Positions 27,377-36,188 of a stretch of DNA of 36,872 bases are shown piece by piece. Under the pieces are notes generated by a model. It saw nothing but the letters and a program-made list of their open reading frames with translations. It was not told the origin of the DNA and did not search any database. How positions within the stretch are numbered: position 1 is the first letter of the stretch; each line of letters opens with the position of its first letter. Origin of the DNA: Chloroflexota bacterium (GTDB taxonomy: Bacteria; Chloroflexota; Dehalococcoidia; Lucifugimonadales; JADFKI01). The translations under genes were made by a program, and so were the position numbers. The stretch covers positions 1 to 36,872 of the forward strand of contig JAQBUT010000027.1 in the NCBI GenBank assembly GCA_027623195.1, given 5' to 3'.

Positions 27377-28605
27377 CAGGACTTCACCACCACAGGTTTG
27401 GCCGCACCCAAAGTGCTAACCAACACGTTAACAATATTCTCTATATTGTATGCGAAGCCCATAGCGGGCACCTCAACGTCGCTGCCTAACGCCCTGACCA
27501 ACTCATCGTATCTTCCGCCGCCGCCCAGCGATACGCCTTCAGCGGAACCTGACATTAACTCAAAAATTACGCCCGTATAGTAGGAGATGCCCCTGGCCAA
27601 GCCCAGATCAAGTGTCAAGGCTTCTTGAAGTATTCCACGACTTGAAAGGTATTCGAACAGGCTTTCCAAGTCGTCGAAGGGCGTGGTAGCCAGCCCACCG
27701 TCTACAACTACTCCGCGCGCCTGTTCCAGCACCTTGACCGGAGTTCCCTCTAGCTTTGCCAGCTTATCGGCTATGGCAAGAGCTTCATCGAACGCATTGG
27801 GGTCGTCGGCCTCCCGCACTTTGCGGATTATGCGTGCAATTATCTGTTCTGTACTGCGCCGACCCATTGGTGTTGGCATCAATTCCTTTAGCACGCCCAG
27901 GATGAAGCCCTCGGCAGCTTCTTTGCTCATCTCTTCCAACGCGGACTCCAGCCCGACGTCCACGCTACCTCGCAGCAGGCCGACCCCTCTGGCCCGCTCA
28001 CGTAGCGCATCGATGGTTACCTCACCGAACTTTAGGGCCTGTATGTTTCCTATGATGAATAGCCTGGCTGCCTCCGATAGACCGAAGTTGTCCAGCAAAT
28101 CACGCAATACACCTAGGTGCCCGATTCTCAATCGATAATCCGAAAGCCCTGTCTTCGCGAGGCCTTCCCACGCATTAAACAAGACTTCACAATCGGCTAG
28201 AAGTCCCGAATGCCCTATCAGCTCTGCACCTACCTGCGTGAACTGGCGGTATTCGCCCTCCGCGCCATAACGGAACACGGGGCCACCGTACTGCCACCGA
28301 AGGGGTAGCTTCAGGTCCTCCTGCCGTTCAATAAAGGCACGGATGATAGATGAGGTGAACTCGGGCCTGAGGCTTACGGAATGGCCGCCCGGGTCGATGA
28401 AGGTGTACAGCCTACCGGTTATCTCGCCGCCAGACTTGCGGACGAACAGTTCGGTCTCCTCCAGCAAGGGCGTATCCACAAGGTCGTAAGAGCTACTCGA
28501 AAGATGCGATTGCAAGGCGTCGAACACCTGCCGCACCTGCGAAAAATCGGCTGCGCCAACGTCACGCATGCCGGGTAATATAGCTATTTGCCTACCAGTG
28601 TCCAT
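27376..28605 (-). CDS. hisZ: ATP phosphoribosyltransferase regulatory subunit (HisRS paralog)
   Basis: LRPEFT, RQFTQVGAELIG, RGISYYTG and GGGRYD. Ends right after motif 3 with no anticodon-binding domain; stop overlaps the hisG start. Confidence 0.85.
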   Translation of the reverse strand: MDTGRQIAILPGMRDVGAADFSQVRQVFDALQSHLSSSSYDLVDTPLLEETELFVRKSGGEITGRLYTFIDPGGHSVSLRPEFTSSIIRAFIERQEDLKLPLRWQYGGPVFRYGAEGEYRQFTQVGAELIGHSGLLADCEVLFNAWEGLAKTGLSDYRLRIGHLGVLRDLLDNFGLSEAARLFIIGNIQALKFGEVTIDALRERARGVGLLRGSVDVGLESALEEMSKEAAEGFILGVLKELMPTPMGRRSTEQIIARIIRKVREADDPNAFDEALAIADKLAKLEGTPVKVLEQARGVVVDGGLATTPFDDLESLFEYLSSRGILQEALTLDLGLARGISYYTGVIFELMSGSAEGVSLGGGGRYDELVRALGSDVEVPAMGFAYNIENIVNVLVSTLGAAKPVVVKS

Positions 28606-28688
28606 AAGCTCCCAATTTCGTACGCCTCAAAGGCACAACGAACGCCTTTAGAGCCGACGCACGGCGCAGTCTGAAAGACCGTCGGTTT

Positions 28689-28717
28689 ATTCTCGCCCGA
28701 CGAGGTGGTAGTGTCAA
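28689..28717 (-). promoter_or_regulatory. Putative his operon promoter
   Basis: TTGACA (28717-28712), 17 nt, GAGAAT (28694-28689). Confidence 0.55.
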
Positions 28718-28725
28718 CTGCTCAC

Positions 28726-29035
28726 AAATCCCGGTGACAGTTTTCAAAGCCACTTAGAGGGGTGCAACTGGCGAACCCTTAAGCCCAACGTATCCTCGAA
28801 CGGCGTACCTGCAACTTGGGAGGCACCCCGGTTACTCACCAATTTCACCCTCATTGAAAACCGGGACTTTACCCCCCGCACACGGTGTCCAAGTTAATCT
28901 GGAGAGGATCCGCCTAGCGGGTCACATCACCTGCCGTGCCCCCTTGAGCAAGCGCCTTCTGATGAATCCCCAGGACCGCGTTTTCTTACGGGGGCATTTT
29001 TTTGCCCAACCACTCCCCAGGCCCTGGATTCCGTC
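28726..29035 (-). ncRNA. Candidate structured non-coding RNA of unknown family (partly 6S-like)
   Basis: Two adjacent long irregular hairpins (28726-28869 and 28870-28996) whose helices close with G-U pairs only on the minus strand. No credible ORF. Boundaries approximate. Confidence 0.5.
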
Positions 29036-29166
29036 CTCTCATTATTCCATACCACTGAACACTCCCTTCAGAGGTACGGCGCAAAGATTGAATTGCCTTA
29101 AAGTCTCGCCGAATATTACACCAATCTGCAGGCATTCCGACCGGCTCCGAACAATCCAACCGCTGC

Positions 29167-29195
29167 TTGACTGGGTACTGTGATTTATACATAAT
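29167..29195 (+). promoter_or_regulatory. Putative padR operon promoter
   Basis: TTGACT (29167-29172), 17 nt, CATAAT (29190-29195). Confidence 0.55.
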
Positions 29196-29211
29196 GCGGA
29201 GGCGGCGGCAC

Positions 29212-29565
29212 ATGATAGATGGAGCGCGAGACTTGTACCGAAGAGAGCTTTTGAAAGGCAGCACTGAGACTCTGCTTTTGTCCCTGCTCTGCGGCGAGCC
29301 TAAGTATGGATACCAGCTTGTCAAAGAGATTGAGCAGAGGAGCAGCGGCTACTTCCGATTCAAAGAAGGCACCCTTTACCCCGCTCTCCACCGGTTGGAG
29401 CGAGACGGCATGATCGCAGGCACATGGCTACCATCTCAAACCGGCCAGAACCGTCGCTACTACGAGATAACCGCAAAAGGGAAGACCAGCCTCGCCTCCA
29501 TGCTGGAGGAGTGGAAACTGTTCACAAACGCGGTTAATCTGGTTGCGCAGCCTGAAGGTCATTAA
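29212..29565 (+). CDS. PadR family transcriptional regulator
   Basis: ELLKGS, YGYQL, EGTLYPALHRLE and RRYYEITAKG. Start is ATG 29212 or TTG 29233. Confidence 0.95.
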   Translation: MIDGARDLYRRELLKGSTETLLLSLLCGEPKYGYQLVKEIEQRSSGYFRFKEGTLYPALHRLERDGMIAGTWLPSQTGQNRRYYEITAKGKTSLASMLEEWKLFTNAVNLVAQPEGH

Positions 29566-29599
29566 TAAAACCAATTAAACCGTTCCATCGGCGGCAGAC

Positions 29600-30589
29600 A
29601 TGAAACCCCACATACGCGGCTATCTTGATGAAATGGGCAAGCAGCTTCACCTGGACCCTAAGGAGGAACAGGAGATTCTACACGAACTCGAAGTCCATAT
29701 AGAGGACCGAGTGTGTGAGTTGTTAGATCAGGGGCTTTCCCGCGAGGCCGCGCTACAAAATGCGCTGGAGTCTCTGGGACAGTCCGAAATGATCGCTGGC
29801 CAGCTATACGAAGTCCACAGCCGTGGCTCCTGGTACCACACCGCTCTGGCCACACTACCCCACCTGCTCCTTTCGCTGGTGTTTGCTCTTCACCTTTGGG
29901 CCACGCCCGTATGGGTGATCAGCATGCTGCTGCTGGCTTTAACGATTACGGTGGTTGGATGGCGCAAAGGGCGCCCCCGGTGGACGTATCCGTGGCTCGG
30001 CTACTGCCTAATGGGGCCCATCGTATCCTGGGGTCTCGCTATGAGCGCTGTGGGTTATGGAGCATGGGGCGTTGTGGCGAATGACGCGTTGCCCCTGAGC
30101 ATACCTATTTACGCGGCGTCGTTCGTCTATATAGCGTTTTCAATTTGGATAGTCATACGCATTGTCCGCAAGATCGCCAAGCCGGACTGGTTGATGGGTT
30201 CATTGGCCATTCTGCCGATACCATTCCTGGGGTTTTGGTTTTTCTATTTTTACAGCGGCGGCGATTTGCTTCAGTCGGACGTGAGCGTGCTGAAGGAGGT
30301 GGACACAAGCGTTGCCATTGTCTTTCTGATTATCGGTTCAGCCACAGCTGCCTTTTTCCGCATTACCCGCCGCCTTGCCCGAGTGGCCTTGCTGGCGATC
30401 ACGGCGCCATCTTTAATTGTGCTGGCATGGATTAGCTACCAGGGCGGCGCGGGACTTATTGCCGTTTTCATGTTCGCAGTCATGTCCTTGGCCGTGCTGC
30501 TTATCCCCGCCTTTTTCGATCTGAAAAACAGCAGGCCCGATGCACCTCAGTTCACTCCCGACGAAAACCCCGAGGGCATCTGGGGCTGA
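29600..30589 (+). CDS. Multi-pass membrane protein with N-terminal HAAS/permease-prefix domain
   Basis: YL..L...EILHELEVHIED...GLSREAA..A..SLG pattern followed by about 8 hydrophobic segments; lies directly after padR. Confidence 0.8.
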   Translation: MKPHIRGYLDEMGKQLHLDPKEEQEILHELEVHIEDRVCELLDQGLSREAALQNALESLGQSEMIAGQLYEVHSRGSWYHTALATLPHLLLSLVFALHLWATPVWVISMLLLALTITVVGWRKGRPRWTYPWLGYCLMGPIVSWGLAMSAVGYGAWGVVANDALPLSIPIYAASFVYIAFSIWIVIRIVRKIAKPDWLMGSLAILPIPFLGFWFFYFYSGGDLLQSDVSVLKEVDTSVAIVFLIIGSATAAFFRITRRLARVALLAITAPSLIVLAWISYQGGAGLIAVFMFAVMSLAVLLIPAFFDLKNSRPDAPQFTPDENPEGIWG

Positions 30590-30621
30590 CGCCCTAGTTT
30601 CCTCGTGTTCGGAATTACCTG

Positions 30622-31494
30622 TTGAATGACTACCCACCCAAGCTTCCTGTAGCAGTCGTAGCCGACAGCGCGGCCTCAGTTCCAGCCGAAATCCAAACCC
30701 ACCCTCAGCTACTAATCGTGCCAATGCGCCTTACGTTAGACGGCAAGTCTTACCTGGACGGGGAAGAAATAGCCGCTGCGGACTTCTATCGACGGCAGAG
30801 GTTGTCGGACTCCGTTCCAACCACAGCCGCACCCTCACCTGCCGCATTCTTGGATGCGTTCAGGGCTGCTTCAAATATCGCAGAGTCTGTCATATGCCTC
30901 ACGGTGAGCTCTCGCTACAGCTCCTCCTCGGATGCAGCCAATGCTGCGGCTGTTGAAGCATCAGAGGAGATGGTCAACCTGCAAATAAGTGTCGTGGACT
31001 CGCAGACGGCTGGCGGAGGCGAAGGCCTGATCGTACTGGAGGCGCTGCGACATGCTGAAGCAGGCCTGACGTTATATGGGGTGGAGCGGAGTACCAATGC
31101 AGTTATTCAAAGGGTGAGGTTAGTGGCGATGCTAGACACACTGCACTACCTGTGGAAGGGCGGAAGGGTGCCCAGGTTAGCCATGGCAGGCACGTCGCTG
31201 CTGAACATTAAGCCCATATTCGAACTCAGGCTGGGTGAGGCCGGTAGCTTGGCGCGACCAAGAACCAGGCGGAAGGCCATGGGTAGGCTGCTGGGGTACG
31301 TCACCAAGCACACCACAGGCAGCCCCATTCACGCCTGCGTGATGCACGCTGATTGCCCCGGCGACGCTGAGGAAATCCGCGCCACGCTGGAGTCGAACGT
31401 CGACTGCCAAGAGCTTTACGTCACCGAGCTGACGCCCGTCTTGGGCGCACACATTGGCCCAGGCATGCTCGGCGTAGCATTCTGGAGCGAGTAG
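30622..31494 (+). CDS. DegV family fatty-acid-binding protein
   Basis: ADSAA, PTTAAPS, SSRYSSS, VDS, LWKGGR, LNIKP and LGAHIGPG. Confidence 0.95.
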   Translation: MNDYPPKLPVAVVADSAASVPAEIQTHPQLLIVPMRLTLDGKSYLDGEEIAAADFYRRQRLSDSVPTTAAPSPAAFLDAFRAASNIAESVICLTVSSRYSSSSDAANAAAVEASEEMVNLQISVVDSQTAGGGEGLIVLEALRHAEAGLTLYGVERSTNAVIQRVRLVAMLDTLHYLWKGGRVPRLAMAGTSLLNIKPIFELRLGEAGSLARPRTRRKAMGRLLGYVTKHTTGSPIHACVMHADCPGDAEEIRATLESNVDCQELYVTELTPVLGAHIGPGMLGVAFWSE

Positions 31495-32063
31495 GCTTCT
31501 CAACGCCCGTCAATTGGCCAAAAAATCCGCCCGCACATTGCCACAGTGAGCATCTCCCAATAGGCCTCCATCACCACTACGCACCTGTTGATCGTGCCAA
31601 TTGGCAACGACCAACGCCGTGGGATATCAGAGGCGGCTGGCTTTGCACAAAAAGTGGTTTTGAGACATCAGGCCCGACAGACCCACCACCAGCATTGAAA
31701 TGAAAATCTCTTTGTCTCCGCCCCTGCGAATCGAGTCGACATGTTCATATTTGGCGCTTATTGAGCAATGCGAAGAAATCCAAAAAATGTCAGAACTCTG
31801 TAAGGCTCCGGTCAGGAAGCCGGCATTTTATTTGTGTTTAATGTTAGCGTGAATCAAGCAACACCGTTGCGTTGGGCACATGGGTAAAAGGCTTAATGAA
31901 CTGGCAAAGCTGAAAGCCACCCAATTACCACTACAGTCCACTCGCCTGACCGGATGTCCGGTTCATAAAAAGGCTCTTGGTACCCCTCCAAGAGCATTTT
32001 ATTTGTTTAATTTCGAATAAATTGAACAAGAAATTGTGTGCTGGCTTCTCACCTGCAGGCCCT

Positions 32064-32092
32064 TTGACGAAGGCAATGTACGCTGATACACT
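32064..32092 (+). promoter_or_regulatory. Putative promoter of the MFS-methyltransferase pair
   Basis: TTGACG (32064-32069), 17 nt, TACACT (32087-32092) with extended TG. Confidence 0.65.
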
Positions 32093-32200
32093 CGCCAACG
32101 CCGGAATGTTTATTTATGTAATCTTGGACACATTTGCCAAGGCGAATTCCCTACCCGGTCCGGCCTCATCATATAGAAACCATCTAATACCAGGTGAACC

Positions 32201-33487
32201 ATGTCGAACATCAGCGTTATAGCGACAGAAACGGTCAAACGATACGGCGACGCCCTCTCTCACGGCGACTTCCGAACTCTTTGGACTGCAAACATATTCG
32301 CCGGCGCTGCGGCCTGGGCGCTGATTGTAGCCCGGGGCTGGCTGGTCTTCGACATGTCGGACCCTGCAACCGCTTCGCTTTGGGTCGGCCTGGTAACCTT
32401 CGCCGCCATGATACCTCGCGTCCTGGTGACGCCCCTAACCGGCTACCTTTCGGACAGGTTCGACCGCAAGGCCGTTCTGAGAGTGATGTTCGTAATTAAC
32501 CTGGTAAACAATCTAGTACTGGCTCTTCTTGTTAGTACCGGCAACATCGAGATTTGGCACCTGGTCGTTCTTTCTCTGGTAAACGGTTCGGCACGCGCAA
32601 CCCAGATGCCCGCTGCGCAGGCCCTTATACCCAATCTAGTTCCCCGGCGCACTCTACTGAACGCCATCGCATTGAACCAGGCGACGATGCAGGGGTCGCG
32701 ACTGCTGGGGCCCGCAGCAATACTGCCACTGATGCTGACCACCGGCACGGAGGGTGCGTTCTTCCTGTGTGCAGCCTTCTACGCCATCAGCCTCGTGCAG
32801 AGTCTTCGCCTGCGAACGGAGTCCACGGGAAAGGTCGACAGGCAGAGGGGCCTAGCCAGCAATCTAGCGGAGGGATTCGTCTACTGCTACAAGACGCCAC
32901 ACCTGAGGGTCATAATCTTCATCGCGCTGCTACATTGCGGCCTCACCATGTCCTACGAATCCCTTCTCCCCATTCTCTCCCAACAGCGACTAGGCACCGG
33001 GGGCGCAGGGGTCACTACTTTGATGATGGCAGTGGGCGCAGGGGCAATGTTGTCCTCTATCGTGCTTGCCGGCGTTCGAACGGAGCAAACCAGGGGTCGC
33101 ACCTTCTTCTACATGGGCATCCTCAGCGGGGTTGCACCGGGCTTGATGGCGATATCGACAACCGTGCCTCTTGCTTTGTTGGGGGCAGCGCTTCTGGGAG
33201 CTAGCACCGCAGGATTCATGACCCTAACCCACACAATGATCCAGTCCACGATTCCAGATGGCGTGCGAGGCAGAATCGCCGGTGTCTACTCAATTCACGT
33301 AGGCGGTACCATGGCCCTGGCCAACCTCACCAACGGCGCCCTGGCCGACTTTACCGGAGCCCCGTTGATATTCATCGTGGGCGGTGTACTCTTCATCATC
33401 GTCATGACTGTAAGCTTGAAAAGCTTCTCGCTACGAAGTATCTACACTACAGGCCTCAACCCTCAGCTGCAGGGAGCTGCCGACTAG
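32201..33487 (+). CDS. MFS transporter (MFS_3/DHA3-like)
   Basis: GYLSDRFDRK motif A, PAAQALIPNLV, RGR, and about 12 hydrophobic segments. Confidence 0.93.
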   Translation: MSNISVIATETVKRYGDALSHGDFRTLWTANIFAGAAAWALIVARGWLVFDMSDPATASLWVGLVTFAAMIPRVLVTPLTGYLSDRFDRKAVLRVMFVINLVNNLVLALLVSTGNIEIWHLVVLSLVNGSARATQMPAAQALIPNLVPRRTLLNAIALNQATMQGSRLLGPAAILPLMLTTGTEGAFFLCAAFYAISLVQSLRLRTESTGKVDRQRGLASNLAEGFVYCYKTPHLRVIIFIALLHCGLTMSYESLLPILSQQRLGTGGAGVTTLMMAVGAGAMLSSIVLAGVRTEQTRGRTFFYMGILSGVAPGLMAISTTVPLALLGAALLGASTAGFMTLTHTMIQSTIPDGVRGRIAGVYSIHVGGTMALANLTNGALADFTGAPLIFIVGGVLFIIVMTVSLKSFSLRSIYTTGLNPQLQGAAD

Positions 33488-33513
33488 AAGTCGAACACTG
33501 GTGAGGTCTCTCC

Positions 33514-34143
33514 ATGGCCAAGAGCGTACCAAAACAAGAAATTGGAAAGAATTATAACGACTTCGCCTCCAAGTACGACAAGGCCGAGGCTGTTCCAGAG
33601 TTCCTTGGACTGAATCGCCTGCGCAAACGCCTGCTTTCTCAAGCCGAAGGCGCTGTTTTGGAAATCGCCGTTGGCACGGGAAGAAACCTGCAATACTACC
33701 CCGCCGAATGCCGCATCTCTGCAGTAGACATTAGCGACGGTATGTTGGGCTTCGCCAAGAAGAAGGCAGATGCCCTTGGCTTGAAGGTCGACTTTCAGTC
33801 CATGGATGCCGAGGCGTTGTCCTTCAAAGACGACAGCTTCGACACGGTGGTGGACACGTTGAGCACGTGCACTTTCCTCGATCCTGTCAAGGCGCTTGGC
33901 GAGATGGCCAGGGTATGTAAGCCCGGCGGCAAGATTCTGCTGCTGGAGCACGGCCGGAGCAATCGCGGTTGGCTGGGCCGGTTCCAGGACTGGCGAGCGG
34001 AGAAGCACGCCAAACAGTTAGGCTGCGTCTGGAACAAGGAACCTCAGGATATGGTGATGGATGCCGGGCTTCACGTCATTTCGGCGCGGCAAAGCTTCCT
34101 AGGCATCTTCCACACCATCGTTGCCTCGCCGCCTGCCAGGTAA
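33514..34143 (+). CDS. Class I SAM-dependent methyltransferase (UbiE/PmtA-like)
   Basis: VLEIAVGTG motif I, VDIS, FDTVV and RVCKPGG. Confidence 0.93.
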   Translation: MAKSVPKQEIGKNYNDFASKYDKAEAVPEFLGLNRLRKRLLSQAEGAVLEIAVGTGRNLQYYPAECRISAVDISDGMLGFAKKKADALGLKVDFQSMDAEALSFKDDSFDTVVDTLSTCTFLDPVKALGEMARVCKPGGKILLLEHGRSNRGWLGRFQDWRAEKHAKQLGCVWNKEPQDMVMDAGLHVISARQSFLGIFHTIVASPPAR

Positions 34144-34149
34144 AGTTTC

Positions 34150-35571
34150 CTAGAGCGGCGGAAAACGCTTGTGCCAGTCGGTCGCCTGCTCATAGGCGTG
34201 CGCTACTTTGAGAGCCGTCGCCTCGTCGAAAGGCTTGGCCGCGATTTGCAGCGGCAACGGCAAAGGCTTTTCGCCCTCGGTGAAGCCACAGCAGGTAGAC
34301 AGCGCAGGATTGCCCGCGCAGCTGTAGAGGCCCCGAAAGTTAGCGTCTCTCAGAGCATTGGCCGCAGCGTCCTGACTACGAATGCCTGGCGTAAGGTCCA
34401 TGATGCCTGGAGGCGATGACGACGTAGGCTGAATGAGCACGTCGAAGGTCTCGAAGGCCTCCAACACTTGACGGCGCACAAGCTCCCGAGTCTTCTGTGC
34501 CTTGTAATAGACCTGAGCCGGGATTATCTCCCCGGTCATGAAACCCACACGGATATTCGGATGAAAGTCCTGTGGCCTCTCGCGGACCATTCTCGGGTTG
34601 AGACTTACCCTTTCCACGCTGGTCAACACCCGCATGGCTACTCCAGACACCGACGTCAGCGGCAGCGAGACCTCGGTCACGTCGGCTCCCAGTTGGCGCA
34701 TGACATCTGCCGCCCGGAGTACGGCGTTCCGCACCTCATTAGAAACCCCCGAATCGGCGCTTACAAGCTCCGTTACGATCCCAACCTTGACGCCGCGTAT
34801 GTCGCCGGTGAGAAGGCCCCGATAGTCAGGCACGGCCGCTTCCCACGTGTAAGGGTCGTTGGGATCACGACCGGCAATGGCCCCCAACGTTATGGCGCAG
34901 TCCTCAACGGTGCGTGACAGCGGCCCGATGGTATCGAAGGACCACGACGCGCCGTCGACGCCGAAGCGGCTGACCCTTCCCCACGAGGGTCGTATGCCCG
35001 TCAGACCACAGTTGGCCGCCGGGCCTCTCACGGAGCCGCCGGTGTCCTCGCCCAACGCCGTGGAGCAGAGGCATGCAGCCGTGGCCGCGCCGGAGCCTGT
35101 GCTGGAGGTGCCTGGGTTACGCTCCAGGTCCCACGGGTTGCGCGTTACGCCGAAAGCCGAGGTTATGGGGTCGCCAAAGGCAAACTCCGTCATATTCAGC
35201 TTGCCCAGGACGATGGCGCCGGCCTTCTTCAGATTCGTGACCACAGTGGCATCGGCATCAGGCACGAAGTTTTCGCGATGCTTGGATGCGCTGGAGGTAC
35301 GGATGCCCTTGGTGTGTATCTGGTCTTTGATTCCAACGGGAATGCCATGAAGCGGGCCGATGTAGTTGCCGCCTGCGATATCGGCCGTGGCCATTTCGGC
35401 ATCCCGCAATGCCTGCTCTCCCAGCACCGTGATAAATGCATTGAGCTTGGGTTCCACCTGCTCAATGCGTTCCAGGTAGGCCTGCACAACCTCTGTTGGC
35501 GTGACCTCTTTAGTCCGTATAAGCTCTGCCTGCTCCGCCACAGATAGAAATGCTAAGTCTTTGGTGTCCAT
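34150..35571 (-). CDS. Amidase signature enzyme (GatA/AtzE-like)
   Basis: PLHGIPVGIKD (Lys), GTSSTGS and GEDTGGSVRGPA (Ser). GGAGG RBS. Confidence 0.95.
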   Translation of the reverse strand: MDTKDLAFLSVAEQAELIRTKEVTPTEVVQAYLERIEQVEPKLNAFITVLGEQALRDAEMATADIAGGNYIGPLHGIPVGIKDQIHTKGIRTSSASKHRENFVPDADATVVTNLKKAGAIVLGKLNMTEFAFGDPITSAFGVTRNPWDLERNPGTSSTGSGAATAACLCSTALGEDTGGSVRGPAANCGLTGIRPSWGRVSRFGVDGASWSFDTIGPLSRTVEDCAITLGAIAGRDPNDPYTWEAAVPDYRGLLTGDIRGVKVGIVTELVSADSGVSNEVRNAVLRAADVMRQLGADVTEVSLPLTSVSGVAMRVLTSVERVSLNPRMVRERPQDFHPNIRVGFMTGEIIPAQVYYKAQKTRELVRRQVLEAFETFDVLIQPTSSSPPGIMDLTPGIRSQDAAANALRDANFRGLYSCAGNPALSTCCGFTEGEKPLPLPLQIAAKPFDEATALKVAHAYEQATDWHKRFPPL

Positions 35572-35615
35572 GTCGATTCCTCCGCCTTGCTAATTACCCT
35601 GGAAATCCAATGTAC

Positions 35616-35810
35616 TTATCGGCTCGCGGGATCGTATGGCAGAATGATTGGGATAGGCTCCACGTTGTTCAGACCGGGTAAGTCGACCTCGTCCATGGCC
35701 TCCAGCATAGCGTTAAGACTGTAGGCAACCTGGGACAGGTCTGGCTCCTGGATGTCCAGGTTAACGGCTCGGCCCATTGCCTGTATGTCATCGTTGGATA
35801 GCTGAGACAT
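35616..35810 (-). CDS. Small acidic protein, GatC/AtzG-like putative amidase subunit (64 aa)
   Basis: ATG 35810 with GAGGAG RBS. LSNDDIQAMGRAVNLDI..DL....LNAMLEAM....VEP pattern; directly upstream of the amidase. Confidence 0.7.
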   Translation of the reverse strand: MSQLSNDDIQAMGRAVNLDIQEPDLSQVAYSLNAMLEAMDEVDLPGLNNVEPIPIILPYDPASR

Positions 35811-35893
35811 AGCGTTCTCCTCTTCTCGATGCTCCGGCAGACGCGTTAGTCTACGCGGTTTCGGCTTTCTATTGGCAGTCTGTATCGGCTGCA

Positions 35894-35922
35894 AGTATAC
35901 GCTTACGACGCGCAACCGTCAT
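35894..35922 (-). promoter_or_regulatory. Putative promoter of the small subunit-amidase pair
   Basis: ATGACG (35922-35917), 17 nt, TATACT (35899-35894). Confidence 0.5.
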
Positions 35923-36188
35923 CATCGGGCAAGGCAACAGGCTTCGTGCTGCCTGATCTTTGGCCACCGCGTAGAAAAAACACCAAAGGCTTCTGGTAAA
36001 TCGAAGGTATGTCTTCCCAGGTTTGCTTTTGTTACAGGAGCATAAAGATATCGGTCTCCACTGTGAATTGACCACTTGGTATTCTAAAAATGTGTTCCGT
36101 GACTACGGTACGATACTGGCCTTAGGTTCGGAATTTCAAGATTGGGAAATCTGACGCGGGACTAGTTCAAGCGAAAATCCAGGCATCG

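Noticed and set aside
27376..28605. Histidyl-tRNA synthetase (hisS)
   Set aside because: No C-terminal anticodon-binding domain and coupled to hisG, so HisZ fits better.
28775..28880. RNase P-like words on the minus strand (GGUAAAGUCC, AGGGUGAAA, GGGCUUA with a P4-like pairing)
   Set aside because: Spacing is far too short and the GAGGAAAGUCC and ACAGAA consensus elements do not match; not called RNase P without a covariance-model search.
28880..29040. T-box riboswitch for the his operon
   Set aside because: UGGACACC does not match UGGNACC, I found no clear specifier loop or terminator, and a separate promoter lies between it and hisZ.
28854..29324. ORFs 28854-29183 (+) and 28986-29324 (-)
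   Set aside because: No motifs or RBS; they overlap the structured RNA candidate and padR.
34150..35810. Canonical gatC-gatA
   Set aside because: No gatB follows, the small protein is much shorter than GatC, and the signature differs from GatA.
35990..36040. c-di-GMP-I riboswitch-like word GCAAACC on the minus strand
   Set aside because: No GNRA-capped P2 stem or downstream GACGCAAAG motif.
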